Source of the DNA: the human T2T-CHM13v2.0 reference genome, Homo sapiens
NCBI RefSeq assembly: GCF_009914755.1
Contig: NC_060938.1
Reading direction: 5' to 3' (one strand)
DNA length: 64,000 bases
The position numbers and the translations under genes are program-made. The notes beneath the pieces are model-generated. The model was not told the DNA's origin. It searched no databases and saw only the letters and a program-made list of their open reading frames with translations. The first letter of the stretch is position 1; the number at the start of each line of letters is the position of its first letter. Shown here piece after piece: positions 1-17,050 of this stretch.

Positions 1-214
1 ATGATAAATGTAATGAGTCCTCTCTTTTCCCTATAAAAGGAGAAGTAGCTAAATGTAGAGGGGTGAGAGGAGTATGCAGAAAGCAACACTTATAAATACT
101 CTCTCATCATCTTTCATTTTTTTCTAGTCTTTTTTGACTTTTCCACATAGAAGTAGTATAAAAATATTTGACATTTTCTACCCATCACAGGGCATCCTTC
201 AGAAAAGATGAATG

Positions 215-1375
215 GAAAATTTTAAAAACAAAACCTATCAAGAAAATGAGAAAAAAAGCCACAGACTGGGAGAAAATATTTGCAAAAGACACAAATGTCT
301 TTGTGATATAGAACTATTATCTAAAATATACAAAGAACTACTAAAACACAACAAGAAAACAAACAGCCAGATTAAAAAAATGGGCCAAAAACCTTAACAG
401 ACCCCCTTACCAAAGAAGCTATACAGATGGAAAATAAGTACATGAAAAATTGCTCAATATCAGGTGTCATCAGGGAAATGCAAAATAAAATACCAGTAAG
501 ATACCATTACACACCTATTAGAATTGCCAAAATCTGGAACTCCGACAAGGCCAAATGCTGGCAAGGATGTGGAGTAACAAGAACTTTAATTCATTGCTGG
601 TGGGAATATAAAATGGTACAGCAACTTTGGGAGACAATTTAGTAGTTTCCTACAAAACCAAACATATACTTAATATACTATCATACTTCTGGGTATTTAC
701 CCAAAGAAGTTTAAAACTTACGTTCACACAGAAACCTGCAGAGATACTTATAACAGCTTTATTTATAATTGCCAAAACTTGCAAGCAACCAAGATGTCTT
801 TCAGTAGGTGAATGAACAAACTGTGGTACATCCAGGGAATATTATTTAGTGCTAAAAAGAACTGAACTCTCAAATCATGAAAAAACTTGGGGGAAACTTA
901 AATGTACATTACTAAGTGAAAGAAAGCAACCTGAAAAGGCCACATACTATGTGATTCCAGCTATGTGACATTCTGGAAAAGACAAAAAGAGAAAACTATG
1001 CTGACAACAGAAAGATCAGTGGCTGACAGGGATAGTTGAACATGTGAAGCACAGAGGATTTTTAAGGCAAGGAAAATACTCTGTATGATACTATATGATG
1101 GATACATGTAATTACACATTTGTCCAAACCCATGGAATATTCAACATCAAGAGTAAACCATGATGTAAACTATGGACTTCAGGTAATTATGATGTGTTAA
1201 GGTGGGTTCATCCACTCTAACAAATGTACCACTGTGGTGGGGGATATTCATAGTGGGGGAAGGTACACATGTGTAGGGGCAAGGTGTATATGGGAAATCA
1301 CTGTATCTTCTTCTTAATTTTGCTGTGACATTAAAATTGCTCTAAAAATAAAGTCTTTTAAAATATCTCTTTAAA
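215..1375 (+). mobile_element. Old L1 (L1MC/L1MB-like) ORF2 end plus 3' UTR
   Basis: Degenerate ORF2 C-terminal peptides (IREMQNK..RYHYTPIRIAKI..CWQG..HCWWE) followed by typical L1M 3' UTR. Confidence 0.85.
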
Positions 1376-2852
1376 TAAAACAAACAATAAAACCTCAACG
1401 AAATCTAGATGCTCTAAGCCCATCATCTGGGCTCATACACTGGGGAATCATTGGCATTAATGCTTGTATATGTTTGAATTCGATACTGTAATTTTAGGGG
1501 GTGGGGGGAGTGAGAACTCAAGAAAGACTCACATAGCAGGGATCCTGTATGCATGCATCCCAGTACCCACCTTCTAACTCCCAACCAAGGTTAAAAGAGT
1601 ATAATGTTGGAGAACCAGCAGAAAAAGGCCACAAAACAGAAAATTAATGACTAACCCATACATTTCTAAAAAATCAGTGTTACAGACATTCTGTTCTTCA
1701 AGTATGACCCCCTTCCCTTCACACCATTATTGGGTTTGTGTTTAGGAGAAAGAGAATATTAAAAGTGTGAATTATTACCAAAAAAAAAAAAAAAAACAAA
1801 CGCTGGAATCTACATGAAGCTGTTTAATGGTTTATAAAAATTGAAAAATGGAGCAAATATCTGGATTTTTCTTCTACTTGGCATCAAATGTCTGGAAATG
1901 AAGACATATGGAAAACTTTTTATTTCCTGTTAATCTACCTGGCTGGAAACAGTAACACAAAAATCCAATCTAGGCTTGGCATTAGATTTTAAGTGTAATT
2001 TTTGACAAATCCTATTACTGTAGTACAGCTTCTATATTTAGATGTCAGCACACCAAAAAGCATAACATTCCATGATATGCTAAATAATGTGTGCAGACAC
2101 ATAATCCTTCGGATGTATTATATACCAGATAATGGTAACTAAAGTGAGCATGTAGGGTCTACTGGACAAGGTTAGATGACAGAATATCATGTGCAAAAAG
2201 TCAAATGGTAATACCTTACATCTGTATAAGGTTCTGTGGCAAAATGAGTTTAACTAACATATTCTTAAAATTAAACAAGTTTTCAATTATGGGATTTCTC
2301 AGAATTGTTAATAAGTAAAAGGCTATGTTTACTTCTAAGACGTGAGTGACCTGGATACAGTACATACACAACATTTTCCAAATTTTCTTGATGAAAAAAT
2401 GTGTTTTCACCTCTTCTGTGAAGGGGTTCAAAAGACTAGCGTTCTTTGAAAAATATGCTGGGAAATAATGATTTTTAAAATGCTTTATATAGGAGTTAAT
2501 TTAGTCCCCAAAACACTCCTATGAAGGAAATAGACCAAGTCAGCATGATTTCTAATGCACAGTTAAGGAAACCAGGGTGGAAAGAGATTTACTAAAAAAT
2601 GGAAAATTTTTACTTGAAACCTAGCCTTTTGACACTAACTTTTTACGATGATTTAACTTCTGACAGAATATCTATTTGGAAAATTTTCTAAATTAATTTT
2701 CTTTTTCTTATAATAGATAGTTGTTTTCCCTATTTTAGACATATATACATAACCTATACACTTTATTTTGGAACATGCAAAAGACAGTGCGATTTCCTTA
2801 GAGCTCCAAAACATGTCTTGCCTATAGAAATAGTTTCATAAAAATTCATGTA

Positions 2853-3198
<346 letters not shown>

Positions 3199-4743
3199 TT
3201 AGATGAAACAACAAAAATATAAGCCAACATCTCAATACACACTGAAAGAGAAAGCACCCACATTTTGCACGTTTTCCTCTAGAGAAATAATTGACTTCTT
3301 TGTGATTTAAAAAGAAGTCTCCAGTTTCCAAAAATTTTCATTTTCTTGTGCACACTTAGCAACATTATTCTCTGGTTTTCTGTCATAATTATCTCCTCTC
3401 TACTTACTCCTGATCATCCAGAAGATAAATATTTAATCTTGTTCCATGAAGACAAGTTACTATGTCTTTTAAACAAAAAAAAATGATGGTAAGAAATGCT
3501 TTATTCCCTTATTGCCATGCCCTGCAAATCTGTATCCTCTGGTTTCTTCAGTTGTGGCTACATATTTCATTCAACAAATATTTACTGAGTGCCTTCCAGG
3601 GGCCAGGCATTATGCTAAGGCATGTTCAGCCCCACTCCACTTAAAAATTTTTCTTGCCTTTAAACTTTCTTCTGTGTAATACATAAACCCAAAATGCTGA
3701 TCTGATCATAGCAATTTCTTTTTGAAAACTTTTCAATAATTCATCATTGCCCAGGCACAATAAAATCCAACTGACTTGGTAACATATCAAAGGTTCTCCA
3801 TGAACCCACAGTAAGCCCATTTCCTGGTCTTATCGCAGGCTTTGTCCCACTAAAGCAGTCTCCAATCTAAGGAAGGCATACTCTTGGAGAGCAAAAAGAT
3901 TTTTTATGAGATATGTGAGCACAGAGATGGTTTTAAGAAAATCTATTTTGTTTACATTTGTATCCCTACTATGTGGAACATGCTGGGCATTCAATAATTA
4001 TACTTTGAATGAATGAATGCATGAATGAATCCTAACAGTCCACACATACTCTTCTAACACAGATCTGTCTAAGAATATCCTGTGGTCTGAAAATTTTCCA
4101 TCCCCAAGTTTGCTTTCATGATGATTTTTCTCCAATTTTCTAAAAGGAAGGCATGGATGTCATACATTCCAAATATTACTAGGGTGCTTTGCCATGGGGA
4201 GAAAAATACTTTCTTCCATGGGGAGAACAATAATGGGAAAATTTGAAATACTGTGTTGGTATGAAGTGAATGACCCCATTGAATTGGAAATCAATTCTTT
4301 TGCAACTTACTTTCTAATTCGTGCTTTCAACAATAATAAAGAAGGATTTAATGGATTTATAAACAGAGGGAGAATAAAAATGAACTACTGAAGATAAATA
4401 TAAATCACTGAGATTTTTCTTTTTGTTTACAACTCAGCTCCTACATTTTAAAAAAAGGAATAAAATTATTTCTGAGCCCTGTCTCACTTGAGTAATAAGT
4501 AATATTCACTCACCAATTTATGAACTAAATTTAAGTCGATTTCATTAAATAATGTATTTCCAGTAATATTTTAATTTTTGTTATACAAGCATAAAGATTT
4601 ACAGAATATTTATCTTACTGAATAATATCTATATAGTTATATAAGTAATAAGTGACAACAGTTATAATAATAAATTAGTCATGGAGAATATTTTAGACAT
4701 TTAAAATGTTGCCATCAAGAAATTTAAAAATATACACATATAC

Positions 4744-5037
4744 TTTTTTTTTTGAGACAGAGTCTCACTTTGTCACCCAGGCTGGAGTCAACTGGCACGA
4801 TCTCGGCTCACTGCAACCTCTGCCTCCAAGGTTCTCGTGCTTCAACCTCCTGTGTAGGTGGGACTACAGGCATGGGGCACCATGCCCAGCTAATTTTTTT
4901 TTTTTTTTTGTATTTTTAGTAGAGACAGGGTTTCGCCATGTTGCCCAGGCTGGTCTTGAACTCCTGAGCTCAGGCAGTCTGCCCGCCTCGGCCTCCCAAA
5001 GTGCTTGGATTACAGGCCCGAGCCACTATACCCAGCC
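4744..5037 (-). mobile_element. Alu (J/S)
   Basis: Full dimer; TSD aatatacacatat on both sides. Confidence 0.9.
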
Positions 5038-6442
5038 AATATACACATATTTTTATTGCAAAGAATTATGAAAGGTAGAGCAAGAAAAGACTTTAAAGTA
5101 TAAAAACACATTACATTGAAATATAATTCTGTAGGGAAAGTGGAATAGGCTCAAGGAAAACAAGGAATGTTGCAAAATGTACTGTTGTTAAAGAAAAGCC
5201 TATTCATGTATTTAAAAGAATAGTTAATAAAGGGTATCGAATGTCTATAATATTTATATTCTAATGGGTACATTTAAAGGAGTGATATGACAGCTTTATT
5301 GTCAAATACCAATATTTTCCATCCACTAGAAAAATTAAAACAATTTTTGACAAAATAGTGCTAGATACCAACTTAAAAATACACAAGGAGGTACAAAGCT
5401 TCAGAATTCTTTTTGAGTTCAAATGAAGAAAAATGTTTGAAGATCACTCTTTTAAAATAATCCAAAGTTTGCTGCTCAGCTTTTAAAAACTGTTTATGTT
5501 GCTGAGGTGGTTGCTCGGCCTAATGGCCCTTTCCACTGTTTCTCTGGCTATGAAAAGCTTATGAATCTTCCCAGGTTTTGCCAATGCCGGGCTTCTCTTC
5601 GAAGCTCTCCCTGATTCCAACGCTCTGGAATCTGTGGTAATCCATGACTTCCTCCACTGTGCTTCCACAGCGATTCTGACTTCTAACTACTTGTATCTGA
5701 CTGCCCAAATAGAGTATGAACATCTTAAAGGGTTTTATTCATGTTTATACGGCCCAAAGGCTCAGCAAATCACTTTGTATAAAGGAATGAAGGGCTTCAC
5801 AGGTACTGTCGAATGACTTAATATTTTCATTAATTGAAGGAAGAGTTCTTGCCTAAGAAATTGAAAGAATGATAGCAAAATACACAAAGGGAGAGAGTAT
5901 CTTGTGGGGAAAAACATTAGGGTTACGTGTTTGGCTTTAGGCTGATTGGTTTCGGGTGAGGGCAGTACAGCAAAGTGGAGATGTCCTAAGGATGGAAATG
6001 TGAGACTGAAGTGCCTGTGGAAGGCTGGACTTCAAGAGCTGTATTAAGCAATGGCCTAAGAGATGACAGGTGACTCTCTCAAAATGGATGACCTCGCTCT
6101 GGAAATGAGCTTCAAATGTGCGTAAATCCTTTAGATAAATGGAGGGAAACGTTTAGGAAGATAGAGGAGCTAGCAAGGAAGGAAAAATTGGATCTTGTAA
6201 GTACAGGGATGAAGTGAGAAGAGAGATTTAAAAAGGAACAAGTGAGCCTTAGAAATCAAGAGTATGGCCAAAAAAAAAAAAAAAAAAAAAAAAAGCCATG
6301 TATTGCCATGTATTTTCTTTAAGAAAGGTGTAGAAACCAATGACAAGAGGGAAATTTATAAACAAGAAATGAAAGAGGAGCAGAGCACAAATTTGAAGTG
6401 TGGGAGAGATTTGACTATAGCTATGAGACGCAGCCTAGATAA

Positions 6443-6634
<192 letters not shown>

Positions 6635-6647
6635 TAATTTTTTATTA

Positions 6648-6780
6648 AACAATACAGATTTATTACCTTACAGTCTGGGGATTAGAAAACAAACACGGGT
6701 CTTACTGGACTAAAAGCAAAGGGTTGGCAGGGCTGTGTGGCTTTCTGGAGGTTCTAGAGGGGGATCTCTTTTCTTCCCTT
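6648..6780 (-). mobile_element. MLT1 (MaLR) LTR fragment ending just after its AATAAA
   Basis: ggttggcagggctg...tttctggaggttctagagggggatct motif typical of MLT1; AATAAA on the minus strand at 6659-6664. Confidence 0.7.
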
Positions 6781-6821
6781 GAATTTGAGTACCAAAAATA
6801 CTATGTGAATATTTCACACCT

Positions 6822-7272
6822 TTTTAAAATATTTTCTTTTAGGTTCAGAGATACATGTTACATAGGGTTTGTTATATAGTTGAATTGAGTGTTGTAGGGG
6901 TTTGGTATACACTTGGTTTCATTATCCAGATAATAAGCATTAGTACTCAACAGGTAGTTTTTCAAACCTCACCCTCTTCCCATACTCCTCCCTCAAGTAG
7001 GACCTAGTATCTATTGTTTCCTTCTTTGTGTCCACATGTACTCACTATTTAGTTCTCACTTATAAGTGAGAACATGCAGTATTTTGTTTCCTGTTCCTGT
7101 GTTAGTTTGCCTAGGAAAATGGCCTCCAGCTCTATCCATGTTGCTGCAAAGACATGATTTCCCTTTTTTATGGCTGTATAGTATTCCATGGTCTTTATGT
7201 ACCACATGTTCTTTATCCAGTCTACCATTTTTCACCATTTAGGTTGATTCTGTATCTTTCCTATTGTGAGTT
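6822..7272 (-). mobile_element. L1PA (older, about PA13-16) 3' end
   Basis: cacttataagtgagaacatgcagtattt...atggcctccagctc 3' UTR motifs. Confidence 0.85.
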
Positions 7273-7812
7273 GTGAGTTACCTCTAGGCTTGTCTCTAAC
7301 TTCTAGCCTCAACTGATCCTTCCACTTTGAGAGGGATTATAGGTGTGAGCTGGGATTATAGGTGTGAGCTACTGTGCCCAGCCATTGTTCTGTTTTTAAA
7401 TGAAGACAGACTTGGATGAGAAGAGAATATAAACCAGAAAAGTAGAGGTAATTTTATGAGATAAATACAGGAGAATAATTTATGACCCATAAAATTCATT
7501 TTTTCTATATTCTGTATTCTATATTCAGTGCTTTTAAAATTCCAAAATGCTTTCATTTATTATAAATAGGAGCTCTAGTATTGTTCTAGTATCGATAAAT
7601 GAAAGTTGCAATACAAGAAAAGGAGAAAAATATTAGTGAATCCATTAGAATTATATGTACACATATTTTTCTTAACCTTTATATGCACTGTGATATTCTA
7701 AAGTTAGAAAATAAAAATTAGTTTTGGCTGAACAAGTCTGTTGATTTAAATTATAAAATACATTAAATATATCATACTAGTGTTATTTGCTTTAGATTTT
7801 AACCTTCTAACT

Positions 7813-8108
7813 GGCCTGGTGCAGTGTCTCATGCCTGTAATCCCAGCATTTGGGGAGGCTGAGGTGGGAGGATGACTTAAGTTCAGAAGTTCAAGGCCAG
7901 TCTGGGTAACATAGAGAGGCTCCATCTCTACCAAAAATAAAAAAAAAGTTAGCCAAGCTTGGTGGGGCATGCCTGTAGTTCCAGCTCATCAAGAGGCTGA
8001 GGTGGGAGGATTGCTTGAACCTGGGTCAAGGCTGCAGCGAGCTGTGATCACGCCACTGCATTCCAATGAGGTAACAGAGTAAGACCCCTTCTCCCAAAAA
8101 ACAAAAAA
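7813..8108 (+). mobile_element. AluJ
   Basis: Diverged full dimer. Confidence 0.88.
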
Positions 8109-8285
8109 GCTTTTAGGTGCTCGAAGATATATTTGCATGTCCTTATGAAGGTCAGTTTTCTGTGATATCCTTAATAATCACAAAACATCCTTTTATTTTT
8201 ATCTTGACATGAATAACAGAAAATTCAAAAACAATATACATGGGATGATGGAAATTTTATGAAATAAGCTTAATATCTACATTCA

Positions 8286-8584
8286 TTTTTTTTTTTTTTT
8301 GAGATGAGTCTCACTCTGTCATCCAGGCTGGAGTGCAGTGGTATGATCTCTCCTCACTGCAACCTCTGCCTCCTGGAGGGTTCAAGTGACTCTCCTGCCT
8401 CAGCTTCCTGAGTAGCTGGGACTACAGATGTGCACCACCACACCCGGCTAATTTTTGTATTTTTAGTAGACATGGGGTTTCACCGTGTTGGCCAGGCTGT
8501 TCTCTAACTCCTGACCTCAGGTGATCCGGCTGCCTCAGCCACACAACGTGCTGGGATTCCAGGCATGAGCCAGCACACCTGGCC
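8286..8584 (-). mobile_element. AluS
   Basis: Full dimer; TSD aatatctacatt. Confidence 0.9.
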
Positions 8585-9439
8585 AATATCTACATTAACT
8601 AACACCCGTCTGAAACATAATAATAGTGAAGTATTTACAGATAATGAAAATAGAGCTATTCCAAATGGCATGAGATGTAAATGATATGCCATAAGACTTA
8701 GACTTGCCTTAACTTCAATTATTCAAAAATATCTAAAGAGCTTAGTGTTTTGATGATTAAATCAGATCTTGGAAAGCCTCCACCTAAGTTATATAGAGAA
8801 AATGAATGGAAAAAAAAAAAAGGAGAGCTGTACCTTTTCTCACATTCCCTATTTACACAACTTTGAAGTCTTCTATCAGCTCAGGTGCTTTTTCCCAAGA
8901 ACAGAAACAAATCAAAATTTGATCTGAGGACCTAGCAGAGCTGACTGAGGAGGATTTTGACCCATTGGCATTTCAACCCACATGGTCCCCTCTGGAGAAT
9001 GAGGAGGAGGAAGGGGGAGGGCAAAACTTGTTAGGCCCTACTAGGGCACCAGCTTCTATAAGCTAGAGGACCACAAAGTAGAAGATACCAAATGCTTCTG
9101 GATATTGCTTTTATATGCAGAGGAATAGAATTTTATTTCTCAAGATTAGTAAAAGAAAATCTTCCTCTCCATTCAATTGACTTCAATCACGGTACTTTTT
9201 TTTTTTAACAGATGAGAGTTAGTGAGTTGCAAGCCAACCCCACTGCCATCCCCATTACTATTTTGTCTCTTCAGGTTCAAGATGGTGAGCTCTAGTTTTA
9301 ATAATAAATATAAAATGACACAATGAGGGTTTTTGCAGAGCAAACACACATAATCCTTTTTAACTAACTAACCAGCCTTTTGCTACCTGGTTGGATACTA
9401 TGGATGTCACCTTATAAGATGGTGTTTCTGTACAACTTT

Positions 9440-9800
9440 AATTAATTAATTCAACAAAAATTTATTTAGCAGCTAATATATGCCAGGAACAATTTCTGGC
9501 AGTGGGGATACATTAGTAAACAAATCAATGTTAACTGTCCCCCTGAAGTGTGTATTCTAGTGGTAGAGCCAAGGTTGAGAGTGGTGAGAGGAACTTGCAA
9601 CAAATATAATAAATACAATTCTATAGTAGGTTAGAAAGTGATAACTGCTACAGAAAACAAAACAGATCAGGGTAAGAGAAGTATGGAGAAGGGGGTTTGG
9701 ACTGCAATTTTAAATAGGGTGTTAGAGTAGTGCTCATGTATCTGTAGAGAGTGATATTTGAGCAAGGACTCAAAGTAGGTGAGCTTAACTTCACTGTCTC
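9440..9800. mobile_element. L2 3' fragment
   Basis: attcaacaaaaatttatttagc...atgccagg...ggggatac pattern of the L2 3' end. Confidence 0.55.
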
Positions 9801-9878
9801 AGGATACTGAATTACTATTTTTACTGAGAGACTAATGTATCTGACAATGGTAAAAAGGACTTCAAAAGGGTTTCTTTC

Positions 9879-11385
<1,507 letters not shown>

Positions 11386-11390
11386 AAAAG

Positions 11391-11490
11391 GGTTTCTTTC
11401 TTTCTCTCTCTCCCTCTCTTTCTCTCTCTCTCTTTCTCTCTTTATTTCTTTCCCTCTCTTTCTTCCTTTCCTTTCCTTTCCTTCTTTTTT
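11391..11490. repeat. CT-rich / (CTTTC)n low-complexity tract
   Basis: Direct reading. Confidence 0.85.
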
Positions 11491-12045
11491 GGTTCATTTT
11501 CATTTGGGGGACATGATTAGTTTCCTATTCTTGATGAACATATTTTAAAATAATTGGCAGTTTTATAATAAAGTATGAACTACTGAACCTATTATCTGTA
11601 TATGATTAAACCAAGCCTAGACATGACCCATTGTACAGGTTATGTGATTGAAAATTCGGTACATAAATATGTTGCAAATATCCAACTCAGCATAACTGAG
11701 CATAGCTGAGTGATATAATTTAAAGACCCATGACAGCAAACAGCTGTGTGCCTTTGTCTGTGCTGTATCTACTGAACCTAGAACAGTGTTTGGCTCATAA
11801 TATGTACTCAATAAATACTAGTTTGATGAATGAGGCAAAGAATGATTAGGGGCAGTGGGATTGAGTATAAGTAATGGAGATGTTTGAGATTTCAGGCTAT
11901 CAGAGATGTCTGACCTTTTCATATGGTCCAGGAGCAGAACTGGACTTTCAACCTAACCAAACTCTTTAGAAAACCTTATTATGATGAAGGATTTTCCAAA
12001 TGTATATTTATTGCATCTGAGTTGTCTGCATCTAATATTTTAGAG

Positions 12046-12347
12046 CCGTGGTCCCCAACCTTTTTGGCAACAGGGACAGGTTTAGTGGAAGACAGTTTTT
12101 CCATGGGAGCATGGAGGGGGCGGGCATTTAATTCTCATAAGGAGTGCACAACCAGAAGATCCTTCTCTTGTGCAGTTCACAATAGGGTTTGCACTCCTAT
12201 GACAATCTAATGCTGCTGCTGTTCTTAAGGAGGCGGAACACAGAAGATAATGCTTTCTGGCCCACCGCACACCTCCTGTTGTTCGGCCCAGTTCCTAACA
12301 GGCCACGTACAGGTACAGGTCCACGGCCTGGGGACTGAGGACCTCTG
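12046..12347. mobile_element. MER1B-like hAT-Charlie DNA transposon
   Basis: Terminal inverted repeats ccgtggtcccc / gaggacctctg; 8-bp TSD ttttagag / ttttagaa. Confidence 0.85.
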
Positions 12348-12395
12348 TTTTAGAAGAGGAATAGGGAGGTAGTTTATACTTCAGGTGTATTTTTC

Positions 12396-12739
12396 TCCCT
12401 TCCTTCCTTCCTTCCTTCCTTCCTTCTTTCCTTCCTTCTGTTTTTATTATTTTTTTTTTTTTAGGAATCTCACTCTGTTGCCCAGGCTGGAGGGCAATGG
12501 CACGATCTTGGCTCACTGCAACCTCGCCTCCCAGGTTCAAGTGATTCTCCTACCTCAGCCTTCAGAGTAGCCGGGACTACAGGCACCTGCCACCACACCC
12601 GGCTAATTTTTGTATTTTTAGTAGAGATGGGGTTTCACCATGATGGCCAGGCTGGTCTCAAACTCCCGACCTCAGGTGATCCGCCCTCCTCCGCCTACCA
12701 AAATGCTAGGATTACAGGCGTGAGCCATCGCGGCCGGCC
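12396..12739 (-). mobile_element. (CCTT)n tract (12396-12440) followed by AluSx (12441-12739)
   Basis: Direct reading; full dimer. Confidence 0.9.
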
Positions 12740-14155
12740 TTATTTTATTTTTCTACCTCTCGAGTCAGTAGCTGATACTGTGTTGACAGACTTGGGGAAA
12801 GCCAATTAAAAGGCCTAGACACAGAAAATTAAAACCCCAATATCTAGTCAGTTTTCTGCAATTGCAGTAAAATATAGAAAGATGTAACCATGTTAACCAT
12901 GAAGCTCTCTTCTCCAATCCTATAATGAAGAATAAATATCTCCTGTACGCATGCTAACTCTGTATTCCTTCCCTGCAAAAGTATCTTCCTTCAGGAGACC
13001 ACAGTGCGTGGAGACTGGAAGTGCAAGGGCCAGGTTAGGAAAGATGTCATTTACTAGAGTTTCAGATGTCATCTGCACCTCAATGTTGCCAGTTGTTTGT
13101 AACTGATTAGCAGATACTAAGACATGAATCCATTAATTAGTATCTTCACATCCATGGTTGTTTTCTTCCCCATGTAAGCAGAGAGCATTGTGAGTCCTCT
13201 GTGCTCCATTAGTTGTCCAGAGACACAAAAACATCATCTTTAGAAATTCTGAGTCCCAGAAAAGTCTATGTTATTTTTCTATGTTTAGCAGGCAATATTT
13301 GTGGCTGTCTGTGCACATGAGCTCCCTTAGGACAGAATTCATATCTTTTTCAGGTTTTTATCATATGAAACTCAATAAATGGCAGTTAAATGAAACTATA
13401 AATGAAGAAATGAAATGTTCCGTTTTGCGAAAAAAAATTGTCCGTTAAAACTGGGAATTAAAAATTATGACATGCTTGCATGAGAAGTAAAAAATTATGG
13501 CAGGTATATAAAAATCGGAATTTATCAATGATCTCAACTGAGTAGACTAGATAGCCATGATGACTACATTTAGCAAATAACTGCTCTATTTCCCTTTGGT
13601 CTGCAAAAAAATTTTAATGGTTTCAAAAATTACCTTTATCACATAATACATTTTATTATCAAATTCTGGTTTGAAAAAGGGACTGTTATTAATAAGAGAA
13701 GTTAAGTGACAATGCTCGATGTCAAATGAAAGGCTTACAGTGAGAGACAAAGAGGACATTAATAAAATCAACATGATCTGCTTCTCAGACATAGCTCACT
13801 CCCGTGACTGATATGCTGACAGTTACATACCCAATTCATGTTATTATCACAGCATAAAGGCATGTTTATGAAGGCAAGGTCATTTGTAATATAAAATAAA
13901 ATGGTCTCAGCATGTCCACTATGAGCAAATGCTGAAATATTACCCATTTAATGAATATTAATTATATATTAAAACCTACAATTAAATACATAAAAAAGAA
14001 CAACTGCTGCCTAGACTCAGGAAAGATACTATTGAGGCAAGTTCTGATACTTGATCTGCCATTTCAATTATTTTAAAGTGTTCCAAAATATTTATGCCAC
14101 AGGTTTTTAGAGAAAATTTATTTGCTTTGCAGAAGTAAAGGATGAGGGATTTTTA

Positions 14156-14326
<171 letters not shown>

Positions 14327-14689
14327 TTATTAAATATCATCTATCTTAAAGAACACTAAAATTTGCAAGGACATTTAAAGAAATGATAAACATATTTCAC
14401 TGAATAAATTAACATTTCTAAAGAGCACTGACTTACATATATATATATAAAGATTTCATTATTCTAAATCAAATATGTGCTTTAAAAATAGCCATAATTT
14501 AGAACGCAAAAGAATTGGGGCATTAAAAGCTATACGTATCAACACCCTGTTTTTTTCATAAAATATATGTTTTAGAAACAGAATATTGAGTTACTTAGTA
14601 TAGAAAATATTTGTATCACCACCAAATTAACTCCCCTTTAGAAAGTATAATTTTAAAGTCCTGATAAGATAATGTATGTTATAGGGGAA

Positions 14690-14880
14690 AGAATTAAAGT
14701 CTTGGCTCTGTCACTTATTAGCTCTGTGATCTTGAGCAAATCACTCACTCTTTCTGAATTTTAGGTTCCTCATCTACAATGAGGAGAAGATTGGATGAAA
14801 GGAGGCATGTAAAGTATACAAAATACCCTGGTAACTATGCACACTCAAAAATGGTTAGTTATCATCATCATCACCATATA
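14690..14880 (+). mobile_element. MIR
   Basis: ggctctgtcacttattagctctgtgatcttgagcaaatcact core. Confidence 0.7.
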
Positions 14881-16520
14881 ATAGGCCCTTTATGTATATT
14901 ACACCTCATTTAACTACTATAACAAACTTTTCAGGAATTCTACGGAGCACCCCCAAGTTCTTAACTTCTACACTACTATATTGTGGTAGGTACAAAAATG
15001 TAGCAGTGTTAATTGAATCTGAAAATAATAAATGAAAATGAATCAGAAAATAGAAATGGAAAATGGATCTAATTACTCAAACTTTTTGGTAACATACAAA
15101 CTAACTTGAAATTCCAGTCTTCCAACACTTGTAAAGCTAGTGTTCACTCACCTTATATCCCACTCTCACTATTCCTTCTCTTTCCAGACTGCTTCCCTTC
15201 ACTATCAAATCAGCTTGTGTTCATGTTCTCTACTTCCTTAACATCATTTCTTACTGTTTGATTGACTGCAGTCTCTATTTCAACTTAGCCATTTTCCTGC
15301 AAGTACTTTTTTCAAGGCCATGACTTCTTTCATCTCTACTCCTCCGTCACTGTAGTACTTGACCTCTCTTCTGAGACTCTTCTCATCTACTTTACTCCAT
15401 TTGTGTCTAATCTTAACGTTTCAGTCTTCCAGGTGGCAGCCTCCTCCTATTCCTGGTCTTCAGTGTTGGATGTTCCAAATTATCTGGCATCTGCTGGTCT
15501 CTCTACTCTCATTTGTCACCCTTGTCTCACCCCTATACGATGTGCATTATGTATATTTACCATGATCTATCTACCATAATTTTTTTTTGCATGCAACTAT
15601 TATACTGTAGAGCAGTAATCAAACATTTGGTCCCCTCTATTATACCGTTACGCATTAACAAACGGTACAATGGTTAGTGGCTCATGATAGGTTTCTCATC
15701 AAAGAAATCACTGGAGCATTTTATAAGACTCAACATTACATTGTGAAATAGAGTAGAACTTAATTACTTTTTAAATTAAAAAGTACAATATCATATAGTG
15801 ATAAATAAAATTGAATGGGACATTGTGATTATTTCAGAACACTAAACCTCACCATAAGAAATAATTTCTTATTGATAATATTAAGGAACTGAAAGTTATG
15901 AGTTCATTTTACAGGGCAGGTAAAGCATTAATATTAAATATTTTTTAAAGACTTGAAAAATACCCTTTAACTGGCTGGAATCTAAAATAGCAGAAGTTAG
16001 AATAATAAACTTACCAAAGAGCTTGACAATAAGAAAATAGGTAAAGACTTGATATTTCACCTCAAAAATTAAAAAAAAATTCAAACCTTCAGGAAACAAA
16101 TATATTGTTAAAGACACTGGAAAGTTAAATTTTGTTTTGTCTAATAACATGAATGGACTTCTGATCAAGTACGCCAAAAGAAAATGGAATTAATTTGTTT
16201 ACAAATCACAACTTCCTTGTTTTCTCAATATTTTGTCTGATATTCCAAACTTCTTCAGTACTGTGTGTACAGTTTGCCTATATTAAAGAAAAAATGTTTT
16301 TCAGGAATATGAAACCTTCTCTTTCAAAACACACATATCCCAATTTTCCAAGTAGTAACTATCTCAAAAAAATTTTTTAAACGCAGAACACAAAAAGATA
16401 CACACACAGAAATATATACACATAGGTCTTCTCTTCTATGTTTTTCCTGTAAATATCGCTTTTTAAAATATAACTAGCAAAAATTTTAAGTTCATAAAAA
16501 TACTCAGTGAGATAACCTAC

Positions 16521-16593
16521 CTCCATAAACAATTCCAAACTGTCCAGAACCCAGTACTTCATCAGGAAAAATCTGATATACTGTGCTGATGTC
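16521..16593 (-). CDS. PRKD1: PRKD1 exon 12 (73 nt): DISTVYQIFPDEVLGSGQFGIVYG, kinase Gly-rich loop
   Basis: ctctag|GACATC...TATGGAG|gtaggt; GxGxxG motif. Confidence 0.97.
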
Positions 16594-16717
16594 CTAGAGG
16601 TACAAGCCCAATGAAAAAAAAACATGAAGCAGAACAAAACATTAGTCCTAAAAATTAATATAATTCTATTAAATATATTATAAACTAAGTATTTTAAAAA
16701 TAAATTATAAATGCTAG

Positions 16718-17050
<333 letters not shown>

